From contig BAAFSQ010000374.1 of NCBI GenBank assembly GCA_054661495.1, positions 1 through 8,559 of the forward strand: 8,559 nucleotides of DNA, given 5' to 3'. Below the pieces are notes generated by a model, which saw only the letters and a program-made list of their open reading frames with translations, was not told the DNA's origin and ran no database searches. Both the position numbers and the translations under genes were made by a program. Of the stretch, positions 1 to 5,662 are shown in pieces. This stretch comes from Zygophlyctis sp. KS116 (taxonomy: Eukaryota; Fungi; Chytridiomycota). The number at the start of each line of letters is the position of its first letter. Within the stretch, counting starts at the first letter, position 1.

Positions 1-622
1 ACGTTTGATGATTTGCCAAGAAATATACATCGTATTGACACTGTCCGATACATGTACCTTCATCGGTTTGGTGGAGTATATGCGGATATGGATTTTGAAA
101 GTATTAAACCAATGGATGAATATTTAAAAGGTAAGCAATTAATTCTAGGTAGAATGGGAGACGATCATAATTTCGGACATTCAATACCAAATGCATTGAT
201 GGCATCGATTCCCGGACATCCATTTTGGATTAAAGCACTTGAATATATTTCAGAAAACTATAAAAAGAACTGGGGAGTAGAACAGGTATATTAAATATTA
301 TAAAATTTGTAGATGACAGGTCCAGTTATGCTCTTTGAGCTATACAAAAATCATATTAATGATAAATCAATAACAATGAGTCCAAAAGGTACATTGAATT
401 CTCAGTTTTATTTTAAAAGATATTTGGTATCCATACAGTTGGACTTATTATGATTCAACTCCTATTTGTTCCGCACAAAGAGATACATTTGATGCAGATC
501 AATGCAAAAAGAAATTTGTCACCAACAATACGCTCTCCATCACCTATTGGAGTCATTCGTATTTTCCACTTTATTTAATAATTAGATGGGACGGTCCAGA
601 GAATCAAGTTATTAAATCTTGA
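1..622 (+). CDS. Glycosyltransferase family 32 (Och1/Sur1-like DxD sugar-binding) protein, 5'-partial; join(<1..285,313..388,420..558,586..622)
   Basis: Frame is open from base 1 and contains RIDTVRYMYLHRFGGVYADMD (GT32 RY..L...GG.Y.D.D motif) and NALMASIPGHPFW. Splicing three GT-AG introns restores EQ|MTGP (conserved TGP), IWYPYSW and the C-terminal ITYWSHSW motif, ending at TGA 620-622. Confidence 0.9.
286..312 (+). other. Spliceosomal intron, 27 nt (GT32 gene)
   Basis: gtatat...ttgtag, phase 0, contains in-frame TAA; removal joins VEQ to MTGP. Confidence 0.9.
389..419 (+). other. Spliceosomal intron, 31 nt, AAG acceptor (GT32 gene)
   Basis: gtacat...ttaaaag. Using the internal CAG at 405 gives an immediate stop; the AAG at 419 restores DIWYPYSW. 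Confidence 0.8.
559..585 (+). other. Spliceosomal intron, 27 nt, in-frame and stopless (GT32 gene)
   Basis: gtattt...aattag; removal produces the family-typical terminal WSHSW motif. Confidence 0.75.
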
Positions 623-831
623 GTCACTAAATATTTATTCAATTTTCAATAAATTATCCGATCTATTTTGAGATTTACACCATCTTTCTAAGAAAAGATT
701 GTTCAATAGTAAACTTCAAGTATTATTTAGGTTGGTTGTGGCAACATTTTTTCGTGAGTAATAGACTAGAATAAATTATACTTAGCCAATAGGTATCATA
801 ATGTAATCATCAGTGAGGCTATTACATATAT

Positions 832-1996
832 TTACATAATCCTCTTCTTGCGTGTTCTGCTAGACAAATTCGGAAAGAAATAATTCCACAAATAATCAAA
901 ATGATATTGTGCTCTACTTAGCAGTATCTTATCATTAGGAAACAGAGAATAAAAATTTTCAAATACTGATTCAATATCCAGTTTCAAATTGTCTGAATTT
1001 TCCATTGAATAGTATCCACCTTGAAATTTTTCTACAATATCCAACAAATTCATATGATCTGATGTTTTATAATAAAACAATACAGTCGAATCAGAATGAT
1101 TTTTCAGAGACCGTAGTATATACTGCATATGATCCTTTACTTGTGATTCTTGAACAGGTTGATCTAAAAATTCCAAAAGTCTTTTACTCTTGTCATCCAA
1201 CTCTAGACCCTTTACAGACTCGTAGATTGTTTTTACATTACTAGTGACATTTTTATGATTATTTTTCCCCTTTTGTGAACTGAGAGGACCAACAGCCTCC
1301 AGTTTAGGTGAGAGTGTTGGTGCAGGCGAAAGAGTTTCATCGTGGTCTGTCTTTGAGTTTATTTCAGTCAAATTCTGAATTTTCTTTTCCCTAGAGTCTT
1401 CAATAGGAGTCTGAAGAGAAGAGACTCCAGACATACCAACTTTAATTAAGAGTTTCTGTGAATTTTTACTCTTCTTTTTTTCTCCATTTAATACATCTGA
1501 AGTTCTTTTCTTTACATTTTGTACAATAGGTGTAGTAGAGTCAAAAGAATTTCTTCTCTTTTGACTTAAAAGACTGGGAAAAAAGAATGACCATAACCTA
1601 GTAAACAGTCCTAGCACCTTACCCTTCCCCTCCAAAATCGCAAGAATACAGTTATAAAACTCTTGTAAATTTGAATGCAGATTTAAATTTCCCAAAAGCT
1701 CTTGTAAATCCCTAGACTCTGGATGTCTTTTTAGAGAATCAATAATATATTTTAGATTTTTGTAGTTTTCAGTTTGTGGAGAGATATTCACAGACTCTTT
1801 TAATGAGACAATATGAGTAAATGATTCCTTATCCAAGAGTTCCGATAAAGCATCTAAAAACTCTAGATAGTCTATACTAAAACTTTAAAATTTCCAATAC
1901 TTACCTTCCATCCGTCAGACATGAATACTGAGCCTGTAATAGACAAAAGAGTTCCTTTTCCTGGACTCTAGAGATGAAATCCTGGAGCTTTGACAT
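832..1996 (-). CDS. Probable nuclear protein (378 aa) with two degenerate bromodomain-like repeats; complement(join(832..1876,1905..1996))
   Basis: The 334-aa ORF extends through a GTAAGT...TTTTAG intron to an ATG at 1996 in aaaATGtc context (MSKLQDFISRV...). The C-terminal HMNLLDIVEKFQGGYYS...DIESVFENF resembles bromodomain PMDL.TI..KL..G.Y...D..L.F.N. Basic NLS-like tracts EKKKSK and RTRKKR are present. Confidence 0.7.
1877..1904 (-). other. Spliceosomal intron, 28 nt
   Basis: Minus strand gtaagtattggaaattttaaagttttag; the acceptor at 1877 keeps the upstream exon open to the ATG at 1996, while the next AG (1872) hits a stop. Confidence 0.8.
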
Positions 1997-2169
1997 TTTC
2001 AGGCTTTGAGTGAAAATTTGCCTTTTCTGTTTTAAAATTTTTCAAGACGAATTCCCATTTCATAGTAGCACGAAAATCTACACTTTTACTGCAAATTCTT
2101 CTTAGAGGTGTAGAGTATATGAGGAGGAGAAGGGTGAGGTCAAAAAGAGACTTAAAAATTCTTGAAATA

Positions 2170-2187
2170 CTAGAGCTAGAGCTAGAC
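2170..2187. repeat. Hexamer tandem repeat (CTAGAG)2 CTAGAC
   Basis: ctagag ctagag ctagac, just 3' of the MRPL44 stop codon. Confidence 0.8.
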
Positions 2188-2194
2188 TTTAGAG

Positions 2195-2522
2195 TTATCC
2201 AGATGCAGATTTAATGTCATGGTCTAATTTTAATTTTTTAGCGTGTCTGTTTATATCATCATAAATTTCCTGACTTGAAATTTCACTAGTAGAAACTTGT
2301 ATACTAGATTTATCAGAATACACTAGAGATATTTTAGGACTAGAGTGTATTTCTTTATTGTACACTGTGAAAATACATTTAGGGTTTGAAGTTCTTTCCT
2401 TTTCTGTATTTAATCTATATAAAAATGATCTTTTTTCTTAGAATAATTAATTACCGGATAGATCTAGAATTTGGAGAGATTGAAGAGAAATAAAAAGAGA
2501 TTTTATCAATAAATTTTAGCAT
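2195..2522 (-). CDS. MRPL44: Mitochondrial large ribosomal subunit protein mL53 (yeast Mrpl44-like), 100 aa; complement(join(2195..2429,2455..2522))
   Basis: Manual translation: MLKFIDKISFYFSSISPNSRSIRSFLYRLNTEKERTSNPKCIFTVYNKEIHSSPKISLVYSDKSSIQVSTSEISSQEIYDDINRHAKKLKLDHDIKSASG*. Size and pattern (R.FL..L, NPKC, P.I.+.Y.DK, RH.K.L.L.H) match fungal mL53 as I recall it. The start has an A-rich context (aaaaaaaATG). Confidence 0.85.
2430..2454 (-). other. Spliceosomal intron, 25 nt, AAG acceptor (MRPL44)
   Basis: Minus strand gtaattaattattctaagaaaaaag; removal gives SIR|SFLYRL. An in-frame TAG 15 nt further on is possible but would delete the conserved FL helix residues. Confidence 0.75.
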
Positions 2523-2589
2523 TTTTTTTGCACTCTAGTTTTTAGATTTAGGTTTTCTAAAAGACCTAGTTTAGATTTTATACTTTAGT

Positions 2590-2605
2590 AGAGAGAGAGA
2601 GAGAG
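2590..2605. repeat. (AG)8 microsatellite
   Basis: agagagagagagagag in the 86-bp gap between the FAF1-like stop codon and the MRPL44 start codon. Confidence 0.95.
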
Positions 2606-2608
2606 TAA

Positions 2609-2944
2609 CTACTTTGGTTTTAAAAGACTTTTGGGTACTTTGTAAATTCCATCATTTTTTGACCTATTATTTCCCTTGAACTTGAATTTCTTTTTAGGTG
2701 TAAACATTCCAGTTTCCTTGTCTAGAGCAGTTTTCTTGTCCAGTCTCTTTTTAGCAGCTTTGGCTCGTCCGATCCTTAACGGAAGTGGCATTTTTTCTTT
2801 TTTTGAGAATTCTTTTGGTAGTATTTTTTCAAGGTTTTTAGAAAATGCAGAAATTCTTTCTTTTCCTCTCAAAGACTCTGTAGAGATTGTTTGAATGAGT
2901 TTAGAGACTTTGAAAGAATCGGATTTTTTCGAGAAATTTTTCAT
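2609..2944 (-). CDS. FAF1: Faf1/C1orf131-like small basic nucleolar 40S biogenesis factor, 111 aa
   Basis: Lys-rich ORF with GKER, KMPLPLRIG..K..K.R..K....KETGM and terminal DGIYKV, matching the recalled Faf1 pattern (K.P...R.G...R..K...A+E.G...G.L.+). It is shorter than typical homologues. Confidence 0.6.
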   Translation of the reverse strand: MKNFSKKSDSFKVSKLIQTISTESLRGKERISAFSKNLEKILPKEFSKKEKMPLPLRIGRAKAAKKRLDKKTALDKETGMFTPKKKFKFKGNNRSKNDGIYKVPKSLLKPK

Positions 2945-3154
2945 TTCAAGGGATTTAGGAGTAGATTTAGTATGTCATATTACTTTATCCTTACTTGTGA
3001 AATTTTTCAAGAATTCTCTAGGTTCCACTAGGTTACACTAGGTTACTGAAAATGTTAATAAGATTTAATAACCTAGTTAATAAGAGGGGATAAAATTTTG
3101 GGTGAGAAAATAAGGGTTTGGCGGTCCAGACAAGTCCAGTGCAGTGCAGTCAAA
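2945..3154. promoter_or_regulatory. Putative bidirectional promoter between FAF1-like and TRF4
   Basis: 210-bp gap between divergent ATGs. It contains CTAGGTT x3 at a 10-bp period (3018, 3028, 3038), an inverted copy (3069-3076) and TGAAAAATTT on the minus strand (3000-3009). Confidence 0.55.
3018..3047. repeat. 10-bp tandem repeat x3 (ctaggttcca ctaggttaca ctaggttact)
   Basis: Directly visible in the sequence. Confidence 0.9.
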
Positions 3155-4535
3155 ATGGAACAAGATTTCATTGGATTCGACATTCAAGATGACTATTTTG
3201 AAGATGAAAAGCCATTATTAAAAGAGGATGATCAGGATGCATTCACATCTAGAGATCTATTAATTGATATTCCAGTTCCGCCTTGGATTCCTCATGATAA
3301 GAATTATTCTAGTGATCTGCTTGAAATGCTTCATGAGGAAATGGATGATTATATTGCATTTATTTCTCCAACTAAAGCGGAGCATGAGATGAGATTGGTG
3401 ACTGTCAAACGAATAGAAAATGTTGTTAAATCAATTTGGGGAAACGCAGAGCTAAGAGTATTTGGGAGTTTTGATACTCAATTATATTTACCGTCTTCGG
3501 ACATTGATATGGTTGTTTTTGATGATACATTGACAATTCCGGGATGTCTATGGGAATTGAAGGATGCTCTTTATAATGCAAATATTTATAGTGAAATTGA
3601 AGTTATTTCAAGTGCTAGAGTTCCAATCATCAAATTAACAGACAAGTTTACAATGATAAAGGTAGATGTTAGTTTTAATATTCCCGGTGGGATTGAAGCG
3701 GCAGAATTGGTAAAGTCTTTTTTAAAGGATAAACAATGTGGGCATGGGATAAAGGCTTTAATGTTGATTTTAAAACAGTTTTTGCATCAAAGACATTTAA
3801 ATGAAGTGTTTTTAGGCGGATTAGGATCATATGCATTATTAATAATGATTACTGCATTCTTAAAGATGCATCCATTGATTCAAGCAGGAGTAATAATTGC
3901 AAAAGATAATTTAGGAGTGTTACTTTTAGAATTTTTTGAATTATATGGAAGGCAAATGAATTATGATGATGTAGGATTAAGTGTGAATTTAAATAGAGGG
4001 GCTTGGTACTACTCAAAGGTATTTTAAAATTGTAAAATATTAAAATTTTAGCATGATTTAAGTCCACCGCCTAAATTTTTATCACTTTTGGATCCTCAAG
4101 ATTCTTGTACTTTTTTTTAAAGAAAAATTAACTCTAGCAAATGATGTTGGAAGGGGGTCTTACAACTTTTTGGCTGTTAAATCAGAATTTTTTAAGAGTT
4201 ATAATCTTTTAACTGCTTTATTAGGAACGTTTTATAATGAAAAGAATTCAAAAAAACATTGTAAAAAACTTGAAAAAGAAGGGAAATCAGCACGTGTGTC
4301 TTCAATTCTTGGATTTGTGATTTCAATGAAGAAGGAAGTACTAGAACAAAGAGAATCACTTCAGATTTTACATGAAGAAATGGAAAGAGGAGAACATCCC
4401 AATGTAATCCCAAATCTTCCTCCTGCTCAAAAGAAAAGCTTGAAGAGATCTAGAGATTTTCTCTTTGTGTCTGATACTTCTGAAGAAGATGAATTGGATA
4501 AAATCTCTAGGAATAGAAAGCGTTCAAAGATGTAA
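3155..4535 (+). CDS. TRF4: Non-canonical poly(A) polymerase Trf4/Trf5 (Cid14/PAPD5, TRAMP complex), 438 aa; join(3155..4018,4052..4106,4138..4535)
   Basis: Motifs include LHEEMDDYIAFISP, VFGSFDTQLYLPSSDIDMV (GS...DxD nucleotidyltransferase), ARVPIIK, VDVSFN, LNEVFLGGLGSY and NLGVLLLEFFELYG. Splicing restores the PAP-associated motif LSLLDPQDSSNDVGRGSYN. ATG 3155 (caaaATGg) is preferred over the TTG start at 3098. Confidence 0.95.
4019..4051 (+). other. Spliceosomal intron, 33 nt (TRF4)
   Basis: gtattt...ttttag, phase 0, contains in-frame TAA. Confidence 0.88.
4107..4137 (+). other. Spliceosomal intron, 31 nt (TRF4)
   Basis: gtactt...ttaactctag; removal restores DPQDS-S-NDVGRGS. Confidence 0.92.
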
Positions 4536-4870
4536 AACAAAACAGTTTACATTTAACGAGTACAATTCAAACTAAAGATGTCTTCTAAAATCAATCAGCG
4601 GGATAACTTCAAACAAATTACTCGTTTCTTTTGAAAATACTTATTTTTGAAATTCTGCAAATAAATTAGAAAACATTACGGTAATACATTGTTTGAAAAA
4701 TTAGAAAATCTCTATCCAAGATCTGTCCTTTAGTCTTTAGGATGGCTGAGTTGGACTGGAGCGAAAATATAAGTTTCTGTTTACTGAATGACTTTATTGA
4801 AATGTCCGATCAAAGATGGGATTAAGTAATCCGATTCACAAGAAGCGACTATTTCCATATCGCGCTGTTT

Positions 4871-5473
4871 TCATTTTGGCCAAATAAAATAAATTAGCAG
4901 AGATGAGGCCCCTAGAGCAGTAAACCCTTTCAATCTGGCTTGACGAGCCCAATACAAAGGCGACTTCATTTTCAGAGGAACATCTCTGTAAAAAGCCCAA
5001 TGGCGATTCCATTCTTCAGTTTTTTCCTTACATTTAGCGACTTGAAAAAGATCATGGGCTTTATAAAAGTTTGTGACAACATGTTTAAGTCCAATAATCC
5101 CGATAGCAAAAGTAGCGTAAGCCTTTATTTGTTCAGCAGGTGTGATAAGTCCAAACTTTGTCAAGCGCTTCCAATAAAATGGAACATGGGACCAATCTTT
5201 TTCTTCTACAGGAGGTGGAATAGAGGCTGCTGCTTGAAGAATTTTGAAGTAGTTCTCTTCGTCCTTCTCCAATCGAGCAATTTCATCTTTGACAGATTGC
5301 AATTCTGGGTCTGGTTGAAGAGGAGGTCGGCCAAAGAGATGCTGGTAAAGAGTCTTCTGCTCCTCAAGTGACTTGATTCTTTGCTGATGAGCTTTTGAGA
5401 GTTCCAATTTTCTCTGAAAGAGTTGATCCAGCCTTTGTTGAATCTTTTTAATTTCTTTTAAATCGTCGCTCAT
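4871..5473 (-). CDS. Hypothetical protein (200 aa): N-terminal coiled coil, one internal and one C-terminal hydrophobic segment
   Basis: Clean ATG-to-TGA ORF in AT-rich DNA with an E/K/Q/L-rich helical N-half and hydrophobic stretches AYATFAIGIIGL and GFTALGASSLLIYFIW. No family recognised. Confidence 0.7.
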   Translation of the reverse strand: MSDDLKEIKKIQQRLDQLFQRKLELSKAHQQRIKSLEEQKTLYQHLFGRPPLQPDPELQSVKDEIARLEKDEENYFKILQAAASIPPPVEEKDWSHVPFYWKRLTKFGLITPAEQIKAYATFAIGIIGLKHVVTNFYKAHDLFQVAKCKEKTEEWNRHWAFYRDVPLKMKSPLYWARQARLKGFTALGASSLLIYFIWPK

Positions 5474-5662
5474 GAATTTTTTCTTATTATAGTAAATATT
5501 TGTGAAAGTGTATTCAAGTCAGTGGTGTTTGATGGTTTGAATAAGTGCAAGATTGATTAGATCTGAAAGATGATTAAATTTAAAGAATTGTTTAGAATGA
5601 TAACACTTGTCCGAACAAGAGTAGAAAGTAGTAAACATCCTAAAACTTTTCACATTTGTTGA

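Noticed and set aside
1005-1244. 79-aa plus-strand ORF
   Set aside because: Antisense shadow of the bromodomain-like gene with a non-ATG start and no recognisable motifs.
2676-2894. 72-aa hydrophobic plus-strand ORF
   Set aside because: Antisense to the Lys-rich FAF1-like CDS; its Phe/Leu richness simply mirrors AAA/AAG codons.
3098-3154. TTG-initiated N-terminal extension of TRF4
   Set aside because: This is a eukaryotic gene, ATG 3155 has good context, and the extension runs through promoter/UTR-like sequence including short cagtg repeats.
3849-4413. Minus-strand ORFs 3849-4067 and 4192-4413
   Set aside because: Antisense shadows of TRF4.
4739-4815. tRNA-like D-arm/A-box (aggatggctgagttggactggagcg) with a weak B-box-like gtccgatc
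   Set aside because: No acceptor, anticodon or T stem can be folded; at best a decayed relic. A tRNAscan-SE run would settle it.
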